The notes beneath the pieces were generated by a model. That model was not told where the DNA came from. It did no database searches and saw nothing but the letters and a program-made list of their open reading frames with translations. A stretch of 64,000 nt of DNA. Source: Bdellovibrio sp. GTDB lineage: Bacteria; Bdellovibrionota; Bdellovibrionia; Bdellovibrionales; Bdellovibrionaceae. How positions within the stretch are numbered: position 1 is the stretch's first letter; each line of letters opens with the position of its first letter. This document shows, in pieces, positions 28,319 through 37,191 of this stretch. Made by a program: the position numbers and the translations under genes. Location: positions 416,001 through 480,000 of the forward strand of contig JAKFBS010000004.1 in the NCBI GenBank assembly GCA_036677065.1, written 5' to 3'.

Positions 28319-28603
28319 TTAGGGAGCTGTTGGCGCCGTGGCGGCTTGCGCGGGTTCGCGCTTTTCAGGTTGCACACAGTGTGATTTAAAGTCACTCGTG
28401 CGGCCTTTACAGCGCCAAGTCTGTGTGTAGCTGATGGTTTCGTCTGACTTTAGAGTAAAAAAAGTCAGGTACTGTTCCGGGTCTAAGGTCGAATCGAACT
28501 GTCTGTTTTCGCCGGTTTTTGTATTGGTGATCATTAATGTGAATACGCGGTATTCAGCAAAGGTGTTTAGACTCAGTAAAAAAACAAAAAGGAAAGCTTT
28601 CAC
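28319..28603 (-). CDS. Small secreted hypothetical protein
   Basis: Signal peptide; STLDPEQY and TWRCKGRT motifs. Confidence 0.7.
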   Translation of the reverse strand: MKAFLFVFLLSLNTFAEYRVFTLMITNTKTGENRQFDSTLDPEQYLTFFTLKSDETISYTQTWRCKGRTSDFKSHCVQPEKREPAQAATAPTAP

Positions 28604-28610
28604 CTTCCTT

Positions 28611-28638
28611 TTATCGGCTTACTTTTTAGCTGTCTTGA
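28611..28638 (-). promoter_or_regulatory. sigma28 promoter, apparently leaderless
   Basis: TCAAG-N15-GCCGATAA, then 7 nt to GTG 28603. Confidence 0.7.
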
Positions 28639-29428
28639 TTTTTTGATCCATGGCTTTGCGTAATTCTTTTACTTTTGCGCCGATAATACGGTGATTTTTA
28701 TCAGCGATGCTAGAGTTTACCAGTACAAAGTCGATATATGGTAAGAGGGTTTTTACGTTTTCAGCAGATGTGCCGGAAGCTACGCCCAGGGGATGTTTGC
28801 CAATAACTGATCTTGCAGCTTTAGCACGTGTTGGATCAGTGGCAACGCCGGTTTTTGGACCTGTGATCACGATACCATCAACCCAACCCATGGCTTGAAT
28901 GGCTGATCGTTCGACAGTTTTAGTGGGATCAACCGGAGTAGAGTATTTCATGTGAATGCCGCTCACGTAAAATACATCAGCAGGTTTTAAGGCATCAATC
29001 GCATGCAAACTTGTTTCAGGAGCTTCTTTGATTAAATCGACGGCAGAAAAATCTGTCCAGGCGATTTGTAAATTATGTTTTTTGGCTAATTCAAAAGTTT
29101 CTTTGTAGGTCATTAATTTTTCATCGGGCCCTAATAAATTAACACCAAAAGTTTTAGTTGGGTATTTTGCCTTAATAGCCCCTAATGCTTCATCTAATTT
29201 TTTGTAATCGCCGGTTTCCCAAACGATGGCATCGGCGCCGTTGTTGAAAGCTTCTTCGCAGTCTTTAAGGTAATCTTCAAGATTGCTGTTCACGTAGCCG
29301 ACGATCCACATTTGTTTTTTCGTGCCGAATTTTTGCGTGAAAAAATCACGACGAGTTTGATAATCAGAGGCTTGCATAGGTTGTGAGTATAGAACTAAAG
29401 CTGCTAAAAAATAAATAAATACTTTCAT
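28619..29428 (-). CDS. BtpA/SgcQ-family TIM-barrel protein with a signal peptide
   Basis: GVNLL, IHMKY, DGIVITGPKTG, VASGTSAEN, VLVNSSI. Confidence 0.75.
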   Translation of the reverse strand: MKVFIYFLAALVLYSQPMQASDYQTRRDFFTQKFGTKKQMWIVGYVNSNLEDYLKDCEEAFNNGADAIVWETGDYKKLDEALGAIKAKYPTKTFGVNLLGPDEKLMTYKETFELAKKHNLQIAWTDFSAVDLIKEAPETSLHAIDALKPADVFYVSGIHMKYSTPVDPTKTVERSAIQAMGWVDGIVITGPKTGVATDPTRAKAARSVIGKHPLGVASGTSAENVKTLLPYIDFVLVNSSIADKNHRIIGAKVKELRKAMDQKIKTAKK

Positions 29429-29458
29429 GAGGTGCCTTTCAAAATTTTTAATTAAAAA

Positions 29459-29827
29459 TTAATGCGATGAATGATTTTTATTCGAACGCATATTGTTTTC
29501 GATAATATAGAAATAAGCTCTGATCAGACGCTCTTGATCTTCAACTGATAAACTTTTTACGTAACTTTGTTTGTCGGTTAATGTTTTGAACTGAAGAAGT
29601 TTTAACAAATCATCCTGAATTTTTTTAAGATTTTCGACTTGAAAAAAATCATCTTCAGTAAAGGCTTTTTGGAACACTTCGGCGATATGACGGTTGTCAA
29701 AAAGCAAATGAACGCCCATTTGGGATTGATCTAAAATTCCTTTTAGATTCTTAAGCTGATCGTCATTTAAATAAACTTCTACTTTAGACAAACGAGGGTG
29801 TTCCTTCTTAATTAAAAGCCTACTCAC
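29459..29827 (-). CDS. Hypothetical protein
   Basis: 122-aa ORF filling the gap. Confidence 0.65.
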   Translation of the reverse strand: MSRLLIKKEHPRLSKVEVYLNDDQLKNLKGILDQSQMGVHLLFDNRHIAEVFQKAFTEDDFFQVENLKKIQDDLLKLLQFKTLTDKQSYVKSLSVEDQERLIRAYFYIIENNMRSNKNHSSH

Positions 29828-29934
29828 TGGATGGGGAGTTTCAATCAGAATCGATTGACTTTATTAGTCATTCGAATTCTGCTTAGACGTAGTAGAGTTC
29901 GGTGCTATATTTTTGCTATAAAAAGGGATAACAC

Positions 29935-30915
29935 ATGAGTAAAGTTGCCAGTAAATTGAACAATAAGTTAAATAAAAAAATTGGCTCTGGCTCACGTACT
30001 AAAAGTAAGCAGATAAAAATTAAAGTCAAAGCAGGCGCGCAAAAAAAGAAATCTGCAAAAAAAGTGAAAGCCCAAGCCCATAAAGCTTCGAAAAAAATTC
30101 AGGATAAAGAACTTATAGTTATCGATGAAACCCAAGGTCTTATTTTTGAAAATGACAAAACCCTTTTTGGTTATTTTTCTGAACAAATCAAAGCCATGGA
30201 AGAGCGTTACGCAAAACACTATGCGCCTTCGCGTGATTTTACTGAATCAGAGATCGACGCTAAAGAAAATTACCTTGAATCAACTTTAGATGATCCAGAT
30301 GAAATCTGGATCGATGCTGAAACTTTTCCGGATGTTCCGTTATATGCATTAATTAAAACTGTTGATGATCCAACAGAGCCATTTATTTATGTGGCCGTTG
30401 TGTATTTAAACACCGAAGACAAATACCCTAGTTTTGTATTTATTCACTTTGCGACAAAAGACACTCAGTTAGCAGAAATGTTTCGTACCAAAGAAATTAT
30501 TTATCACCGTAAACTTGAAGCGATACAGTTTGCATCAATCGAAGGCGATTCGCTTTTAGAAGGCGATCACTTAGCCATCGGGCTTTTAGAGTCGATGATG
30601 ATTTTACGTAATGAAAAAGATGTGCCACCTGATCAGTTTCAGGATTTCGCTGAACAGCGCGATGAGACGATTAATAGTCCTGATGAAATTTGGCGTAAAG
30701 TCGATTCTGAAGGTCACACCTTAGTTACATTTATTCGTGATATCTCTGATTTTAAACCAGATCATTTTTATATCGTGGTGACTGAAGAAGATCCTAATAC
30801 CGAAGTGCATTCATTGTTATTTTCGTTTCCAACAAATGATTCAACGCTGGCAGATCGTTACCGTCAGGGTGAAAATTTAGAAGCTGAAGAAGTCTCTCAA
30901 GAATCATCTCACTAG
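29935..30915 (+). CDS. Tandem PBECR2-like (PDEIW) domain protein with a Lys-rich N-terminus
   Basis: Internal duplication TLDDPDEIW...EMFRTKE / TINSPDEIW...DRYRQGE. Confidence 0.65.
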   Translation: MSKVASKLNNKLNKKIGSGSRTKSKQIKIKVKAGAQKKKSAKKVKAQAHKASKKIQDKELIVIDETQGLIFENDKTLFGYFSEQIKAMEERYAKHYAPSRDFTESEIDAKENYLESTLDDPDEIWIDAETFPDVPLYALIKTVDDPTEPFIYVAVVYLNTEDKYPSFVFIHFATKDTQLAEMFRTKEIIYHRKLEAIQFASIEGDSLLEGDHLAIGLLESMMILRNEKDVPPDQFQDFAEQRDETINSPDEIWRKVDSEGHTLVTFIRDISDFKPDHFYIVVTEEDPNTEVHSLLFSFPTNDSTLADRYRQGENLEAEEVSQESSH

Positions 30916-30940
30916 CTCTTTTGAAAGCCTGAATCTTTTT

Positions 30941-30999
30941 ACTCTGCTTTTGGGTTTACACTTTTTATGGTGAATAAACTGTAAACCCAAATACAGAGT
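30941..30999. repeat. Long imperfect inverted repeat between convergent genes
   Basis: ACTCTG-CT-TTTGGGTTTACA ... TGTAAACCCAAA-TA-CAGAGT. Confidence 0.65.
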
Positions 31000-31001
31000 G
31001 T

Positions 31002-31041
31002 AAAAAAGGGGAAAACCCAACTGCGGGGGGACACAGTTGGG
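31002..31041 (-). terminator. Intrinsic terminator with a C6 loop
   Basis: Minus strand CCCAACTG-TGTCCCCCCG-CAGTTGGG-TTTTCCCCTTTTTT. Confidence 0.65.
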
Positions 31042-31073
31042 CTTTGGGGGGTTACTTTATTTTGCGGTAACTA

Positions 31074-31760
31074 TTAGAAACAAGTCGCTTGGTAGTAGCT
31101 TGTGTAGTTTGCTGATGTCCAGCCAGTTACATCTGTTGTAGCTAGTGGGTGTAAGTCTCTTAAAATCTGTGCTCTAGCAGAACCATCTGAGTTGTAAGCG
31201 TAATCTGCTGCAACACCTAAGAATTGTGGAATTAAAATATTTTGTTGCGCTACGATGCTGCCAGTTGAACTGTACACTACAGCTTTTAATACTTGGTATT
31301 CACCAGCTGCATCGTTGAGGTCGATGTAATAACCTTGTGAAGTCGTTACTGTGCTTGCAGTGATAGACGATGCTGCAGATTGATCTACAGTGCCTGATGA
31401 TAATACGTAGCGAGTTGAATTTAATTGTGTTGGCTCTAAGAAAGCCTGTGATCCAGATACTTTCCATTTAAAGAAACGAATGGTGTTACCTGAAGCTGTT
31501 GAAGCTGCTGATAGGCGATTAAATTTAATTTTTACTAAGCTGTTATTGATTGTGCCAGATGAATTTTTAACTGCAGAGATATTCACTGACATATCGGCGC
31601 CGACTGATTTTTGGCATGAAGTTACAACTTTTGTTCCAGCGTTTGTTACTGTTGAAGCCTGCACTGTTGTTGTCGCTGATTGCGAAGACTTTGAAGTTCC
31701 ACAAGAGCTTAATGTTAAAAGTGCTGTTGCTGTTAAGAAGAGTGTAGTTGTTAATTTCAT
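31074..31760 (-). CDS. Ser/Thr-rich lipoprotein
   Basis: Lipobox LSSC; SD GGGGGA. Confidence 0.8.
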   Translation of the reverse strand: MKLTTTLFLTATALLTLSSCGTSKSSQSATTTVQASTVTNAGTKVVTSCQKSVGADMSVNISAVKNSSGTINNSLVKIKFNRLSAASTASGNTIRFFKWKVSGSQAFLEPTQLNSTRYVLSSGTVDQSAASSITASTVTTSQGYYIDLNDAAGEYQVLKAVVYSSTGSIVAQQNILIPQFLGVAADYAYNSDGSARAQILRDLHPLATTDVTGWTSANYTSYYQATCF

Positions 31761-31802
31761 ATATCCCCCGATATGTGTTTGTTAGTTGTTACAATGGTAT
31801 AA

Positions 31803-31819
31803 AGCAACAGGCGGGCCAT
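31803..31819 (-). promoter_or_regulatory. sigma54 promoter of the lipoprotein gene
   Basis: Minus strand ATGGCCCGCCTGTTGCT, GG-N10-GC. Confidence 0.7.
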
Positions 31820-31820
31820 A

Positions 31821-31887
31821 TCTCATTCTGAGAGTGTTGTTTTAAACAGAATAGTTTTGATCTAAAAACGAAATTCTCACTCTGAGA
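31821..31887. promoter_or_regulatory. Pair of perfect TCTCA-N3-TGAGA palindromes, 54 bp apart
   Basis: TCTCATTCTGAGA (31821-31833) and TCTCACTCTGAGA (31875-31887). Confidence 0.65.
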
Positions 31888-31953
31888 ATTGGTATTTGCT
31901 TCGCTTTGAAACACACGGTGATTTGCGGCACTAGCTGTCGACGATATCTACAT

Positions 31954-32307
31954 TTAAAGGCCAGCGGCCATAAGTGAGGGAGTTGGTTTTATCGTGCTGC
32001 GAATATAGTCGCGTGTTGATTCGTCACTTGTTTCAACGAGAGCAATCCAAACTAAATGTTCAAGTTCAGTAGAGTGCAGGTTGCAGGTGCGTGCAAATTC
32101 AATGGCCCTTTGCGGAGTTAAGGGTTTTCTTTTTTTAACCATGTCGATAATCAGACTTGCCGGCCAATTTAGAATTTTCGAAATTTTACGCCCAGAAATT
32201 TTAGGTTCGTTCTTTAAATTCATAGAAATAACTGCAGCAAAAAAAGCGGACGAGTCCGTGTAGGTAAAAGTATCAGGTAACAGAATCGGACTTATTTTTG
32301 TATCCAT
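31954..32307 (-). CDS. HTH protein resembling the N-terminal part of the TIGR02147 family
   Basis: TYTDSSAFF...KNEPKISGRKISKILNWPASLIIDMVKKRKPLT...EFARTCNL; start uncertain. Confidence 0.55.
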   Translation of the reverse strand: MDTKISPILLPDTFTYTDSSAFFAAVISMNLKNEPKISGRKISKILNWPASLIIDMVKKRKPLTPQRAIEFARTCNLHSTELEHLVWIALVETSDESTRDYIRSTIKPTPSLMAAGL

Positions 32308-32475
32308 GCGATTGTTATTTCGCACTTTTTTTAAAAGCTCAATTAGTTTCACAAAAATAAAATAAAAAATTCACAAAAAAATACAAAAACATGAAAATCA
32401 ACCGCAAAATTAAATACTTACAAGTATATAATTGTTTTGCATTTTCGCTATAATGTGTCGAAGAAAGCGGCTAAG

Positions 32476-34800
32476 CTACAGCCCGAGCTCAACCCAAGTG
32501 ATGCCATCGCCGCCAGATTCTTGGTTTCCGGCTTTCCATTTTTTCACATACACCGAGCGTGACAGATAGGTACGAATCGCTTTTTTAAGCGATTCTGTAC
32601 CGTGACCGTGAACGACTTTAAGACGATCTTCTTTTTGCACAGAAGCTTTGTCTAAAGCAAATTCAAGTTCTGATAAAGCTGTCTCTACGGTTTTACCGCG
32701 CAGGTCAACCACGCGGTCTTCATCGTGAAATGAAACCTGTGTGCTAGAACGCTGCACGAGTTGGTTTGTCGGGTTTGCAAACTTATGCGCCGGTTTTAGA
32801 TCTTGCCAGTGCAATTGCAATCGAATCGATTGCGATAAAATCATCACTTCACCTTTTGAGTTCGGAAGTGATTGCACGATACCATCTTGATTCAGCGAAG
32901 AAACAAATACTTTACTGCCTGGTGGAAATTTTTTTCCGAACTCTGCAGCAGTTTGTATGCTTTGAGTTGTAATGGTTTGATTGCCTTTTACGATTTCAGG
33001 CAAGTTGTATTTTATGTCTTGTAATTCGCGATGTTTATTTAAAAGAGCTGCTGCTTTGGCTGTCGTAATAGCATCTTCGACTTTGGCTGAAGCTTTTTTT
33101 AGTGTTTTTTCTAATTCGTTTTCTTTTTGACGTTCAAACTGTTGAATTTGTGATTCAAGTGATAAACGTTTTTTCTCAACTTCTTTAAGTTCTTTTTTTA
33201 ATTTATCCTGAAGATTGCCGATGTCTCTTTTTAAATTTTCGATTTCTTCAAGCTGCGATAATTTTTTTTGCGCCAGTGGTGATAAGTTATCGGTGGCTTT
33301 AGCAATAATGGCTGGATCAACACCAACACGTTTTGCTGTAAGTAGGGCTAACGAATCACCCGGAATTCCAGGCAAGAAATGATAAGTTGGTTTACCGCTG
33401 CGTGAATCGTATTCTAAGCTTCCGTTAATGACGACATCTTCTGGTTTCCAGCCAGTTTTAAGCGGGCTTAAATGCGAAGTGATAATCGCAAAAACGCCAT
33501 TGTCTGCGTAAGCTTCGATGAACGAACGTGCTAAGGCACTGCCTTCTTCAGGGTCAGTAGAACCGCAGATTTCATCGACTAAAATTAGATTTTCTGTGCC
33601 TTTAAGTTTCAGGGCTTGGTCTAAAGTTTTTAAATGAGCGGCAAAAGTACTAAGATCTTCATCCACACTTTGTGAATCGCCAATGCCCGTACAAATATCT
33701 TTAAAAAATGGCAAACTTGATGCGCGATCAGCACAGATCGGCAAACCACAACGAGCCATCTGTGCGGCCAAGCCAATAGATTTAAGTAAAACAGTTTTAC
33801 CGCCGGCATTGGGGCCAGATAACATCAAGATCGATTTTTCAGGTGTAAGTGTGACCGTGTTGGCAATAACAGTTCTGCCAGTCATTTTTAAAAGCGGGTG
33901 GAATAGATCACGCAGATCAACCTTGTCACTGCTGAATTTGCAAGGTCTTGCACCTAACTGAATAGTTAATTGCGCTTTGGCTAATAAGACATCGGCTAAT
34001 AACATTTCTTTTTCAGTTTTTTCAAAGCCGACTTTTTGTGTAGCTAAATAATTAGAAATCTCGACTAATAATCTTTCGATCTCTTCATCGATTTCAACTT
34101 CAACATGGCGAAGTCGGTTATTGATCGGAATAATCGCTTCAGGTTCGATGTACACAGTTTGTTTTGATTGCGACGAAGCATGAATCACGCCCGGAACAAA
34201 GTGCTGCATGCCACCTTTAACCGGAATCACCCAACGGCCTTCGCGGGTCGTAACAAATCGTTCTTGTAACATGTGTTCGATGTCATGATCTTTAACTAGG
34301 CGATCCATTTGGTTTTGAATCTGACGGCTTAGAGAATCTTTTTCTTTGGATAAGCTATATAATTTTTCAGAAGCATCCATGCGGATATCACATGATGGTG
34401 TGATTAAATTATCAATCGCAGATAACGGTTCTTCAGCGTTCATTAATTTTTCGTGAAGATCTAAAGCCCAAGCTGTCGATTGTTCTTTTAAAGCTTCTTT
34501 AAGAGCGATCACTTCTAGGCAAAAATGTCTGACATCTTTTAATTCTAAAGGTTTTAATACGGCACTTTTGCGAACACGGGTAATCCATGTGGCAAAAAGG
34601 TCTAAACTTTCCATGTGTGGTCTAATGCCACCGGCTAAAATACCTAAAGCACTTTCGATTTCGTAAAAACTTTTTTCTGCAGCTTCGGAAGAAGCTAAAG
34701 GCTTAATGTCTTCGACAAGGGTTTTACCTTGGTCACAGGTCGCATAAGCTGCGGTCTTTTCTAAAATTTCAGACCAATCAAGATTTTTTATTGCGAGCAC
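32476..34800 (-). CDS. mutS2: MutS2 endonuclease / ribosome collision factor
   Basis: SGPNAGGKT, LSTFAAH, DEICGSTDPEEG, C-terminal Smr domain (DLRG...VHGHGT); GTG 34800. Confidence 0.94.
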   Translation of the reverse strand: MLAIKNLDWSEILEKTAAYATCDQGKTLVEDIKPLASSEAAEKSFYEIESALGILAGGIRPHMESLDLFATWITRVRKSAVLKPLELKDVRHFCLEVIALKEALKEQSTAWALDLHEKLMNAEEPLSAIDNLITPSCDIRMDASEKLYSLSKEKDSLSRQIQNQMDRLVKDHDIEHMLQERFVTTREGRWVIPVKGGMQHFVPGVIHASSQSKQTVYIEPEAIIPINNRLRHVEVEIDEEIERLLVEISNYLATQKVGFEKTEKEMLLADVLLAKAQLTIQLGARPCKFSSDKVDLRDLFHPLLKMTGRTVIANTVTLTPEKSILMLSGPNAGGKTVLLKSIGLAAQMARCGLPICADRASSLPFFKDICTGIGDSQSVDEDLSTFAAHLKTLDQALKLKGTENLILVDEICGSTDPEEGSALARSFIEAYADNGVFAIITSHLSPLKTGWKPEDVVINGSLEYDSRSGKPTYHFLPGIPGDSLALLTAKRVGVDPAIIAKATDNLSPLAQKKLSQLEEIENLKRDIGNLQDKLKKELKEVEKKRLSLESQIQQFERQKENELEKTLKKASAKVEDAITTAKAAALLNKHRELQDIKYNLPEIVKGNQTITTQSIQTAAEFGKKFPPGSKVFVSSLNQDGIVQSLPNSKGEVMILSQSIRLQLHWQDLKPAHKFANPTNQLVQRSSTQVSFHDEDRVVDLRGKTVETALSELEFALDKASVQKEDRLKVVHGHGTESLKKAIRTYLSRSVYVKKWKAGNQESGGDGITWVELGL

Positions 34801-36412
34801 GATGCCCCCTCTCAAGAATTAAAAGCAAAATCAGAACCCATAATGCCCAATCCCAATATCCATATTTGCTGTAGAAAGTTAATTTCGGATTTTTATTGTA
34901 GGGCACAGTGTAAGTATGTGCCCATTTTTTATAAACTGGAGACTGTTCTAGAATTTCTCCGTTAGCTAAAATAATGGTGCTGATGCCGGTATTCGTAGAT
35001 CTGATCAAGGGTCTGCGATTTTCTAAACCGCGCGCTAAGGTCATGATCATGTGCTGGTAGGGTTCGGCCCAATCGCCAAACCATGAATCGTTTGTTAAAT
35101 TAAAAAATACTTCAGCGCCTACTTTTGCTAAACCACGTGAAAAGCCTGGGTTTAATGATTCGTAACAAATTTGCGGACCCAAAGTTAATTCTTGGTTTGT
35201 AAGGGGTATCGCTTTTTGCACAGGGCCTGGTCCACGTTCATAAACTCCGACAAACGGAAAAAGTTTGTATAAAAAGGGAGCCTCTTGGCCAAAGGGCATG
35301 TACTCGCCAAAAATCAACAGATCAGTTTTGTAGTAAGGTGCCGCGACTTCGCCATCGGGATTTATAAAAAACACCGAATTGCGAATGATCAGGTTTCCCA
35401 TATGGTCGCGTTTATAAGTGTCTTGAGAATAGGCGCCAGTGACCAAAGTTTTTTGCCAAGCTTTTACTTTGGCTAAAATACTCTGTTGGCTGGGTTTGTG
35501 GTGATAAACTTTGTCTAAAGCCACAGGTAGTGCGGTTTCTGGCCAGATGATCAAATCGGTTTCGTTATTTATGCGCGCTAATTCTTGTTCAGTGGCCTCA
35601 AAATAAGAATTAAAAACAAACGGTTGGTAGTCATAACCTTTTTCAGCCTGCAATTTTTCTTCGTTAGAAATATTGGCCTGAACAATAGTGACTTTAACTT
35701 GGCTATCGCTTTTGCTGAATTCTTGTTTTTTGCTTTGGCCAATTAGGGCAAGGCCGGTCACAGCTGCCAAAGTTATTGCAAGCACTGATAGGGCTTTTGC
35801 TTTGTGGGCTTTAAACGTCATTGCGGCATACAAAAGCATCGCCTGAAAAATAAAAATTAATGCCGAGATTCCCCAAAAACCGATGGTGTCAGCCCATTGA
35901 GCCAGCGGGGATTTGATCCACAAAAGGGTGTAACCTAAATTCCATTCGAAAATGCTCGGCCAAGTGCGCTCTAACAAAATATGAACCAAGGCGATGGTAA
36001 AAATAAAAGCTGTCGTTTGCAGATTGAATTTACGTTTAAGGTAAGTGGCGGCCACTAATGAAAATGGAATGTAGAGGTGAATAAATGAGGCAAATAGCAC
36101 CAAGGCGGCAAGGCTCAGAGGAACATTGAGGTGGCCAAATTCACGCGCGGTAAAGTAGATCCAGTTGAAGCCTAAAAGGGTTAATGTAAATTGTGAAATC
36201 CAGCCCAAAAAGAAAATAGCTTTATAGTTTTTGCTCTCAGAAGCCGTCAAAACGGCCCACCAAAGTGGGAGGTAGCAAAAGCCAATCGCCCATGGCGGAT
36301 AGGGAATGTAAGAAGTTCCAATCAGTACGCCGCTGAGCAAAGCTAAAAAGCTTAAAAAAATAATGCCCGGATTATTATAATTCCTCTTGAAAACTTCGCT
36401 GATTTTAGTCAT
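34778..36412 (-). CDS. lnt: Apolipoprotein N-acyltransferase
   Basis: WPETA, YYKTDLLIFGEYMP, QICYES, TNDSWF; several TM segments. Confidence 0.94.
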   Translation of the reverse strand: MTKISEVFKRNYNNPGIIFLSFLALLSGVLIGTSYIPYPPWAIGFCYLPLWWAVLTASESKNYKAIFFLGWISQFTLTLLGFNWIYFTAREFGHLNVPLSLAALVLFASFIHLYIPFSLVAATYLKRKFNLQTTAFIFTIALVHILLERTWPSIFEWNLGYTLLWIKSPLAQWADTIGFWGISALIFIFQAMLLYAAMTFKAHKAKALSVLAITLAAVTGLALIGQSKKQEFSKSDSQVKVTIVQANISNEEKLQAEKGYDYQPFVFNSYFEATEQELARINNETDLIIWPETALPVALDKVYHHKPSQQSILAKVKAWQKTLVTGAYSQDTYKRDHMGNLIIRNSVFFINPDGEVAAPYYKTDLLIFGEYMPFGQEAPFLYKLFPFVGVYERGPGPVQKAIPLTNQELTLGPQICYESLNPGFSRGLAKVGAEVFFNLTNDSWFGDWAEPYQHMIMTLARGLENRRPLIRSTNTGISTIILANGEILEQSPVYKKWAHTYTVPYNKNPKLTFYSKYGYWDWALWVLILLLILERGHRARNKKS

Positions 36413-36430
36413 CCTTATAACAGGTAGCAT

Positions 36431-37180
36431 ATGAATGTAGAATTAGCAGCTGAAATTCGATTCCGTTGTCCTCACTGTCAAAAGTTATTTTGTACAGATC
36501 AGACAGCCTTTGAAGGCCTGACGGCTCACGCCCATGGCGCTGATTTTCAATGCACCGATTGCCAAAAAGATTTTATCTTAAGTCGTGAAGTTTTAAGCTC
36601 TGGTCTTTACGAAACTTCAGAACTTCGTAAAACTCAATTTGCAAATTGCCCGAAATGTTCAGGGTTAAAACCTATAGGCCAAGATGAATGCCCTAATTGC
36701 GGGGTGCTTGAATCAAAGTTCACTGAAATACAAAAAGTTGAAAACCCACGTTTGTTTCAACTGAACAAAGCTTGGCAAGTTATTCTGAAAGACATTACTT
36801 CAGATCAGTCGCACCAATACTTTTTAGATCAGGCGCAAAAACAATCAGCACTTAATTTTGCGGCCCAAAAGTATAATGATCTTAAAAAAATCATGGGTGA
36901 AGATCCTTTGATTGAAAAATACTTAAAACAAATTGAACATCGCTTAGATGCGCATGTTAAATCACAGTTTAACCAATCACGTGGTGAAAACCATGAAGCA
37001 CAGCAGTCGTTACTTGCAAGTGGCCGCTTATTTATCTTTGTCGCTTTATTTGGAACTTTTATTTTGATTCTCAATAAGATTAAGCCACTCTTTCCGAATT
37101 TGACGGGCTTGGTAGTGGCTGTGACAGTTCTATCTTACGGACTGTGGTTTTTAACTCGTCCCACAGTCAAAAAGAATTAA
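36431..37180 (+). CDS. Double zinc-ribbon membrane protein
   Basis: CPHC, CTDC, CPKC, CPNC; two C-terminal TM segments. Confidence 0.75.
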   Translation: MNVELAAEIRFRCPHCQKLFCTDQTAFEGLTAHAHGADFQCTDCQKDFILSREVLSSGLYETSELRKTQFANCPKCSGLKPIGQDECPNCGVLESKFTEIQKVENPRLFQLNKAWQVILKDITSDQSHQYFLDQAQKQSALNFAAQKYNDLKKIMGEDPLIEKYLKQIEHRLDAHVKSQFNQSRGENHEAQQSLLASGRLFIFVALFGTFILILNKIKPLFPNLTGLVVAVTVLSYGLWFLTRPTVKKN

Positions 37181-37191
37181 TTGTAAACGTC

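Noticed and set aside
29828..29845. TTGAAA...CCCCAT as a sigma32 promoter on the minus strand
   Set aside because: The spacer is only 2-3 nt.
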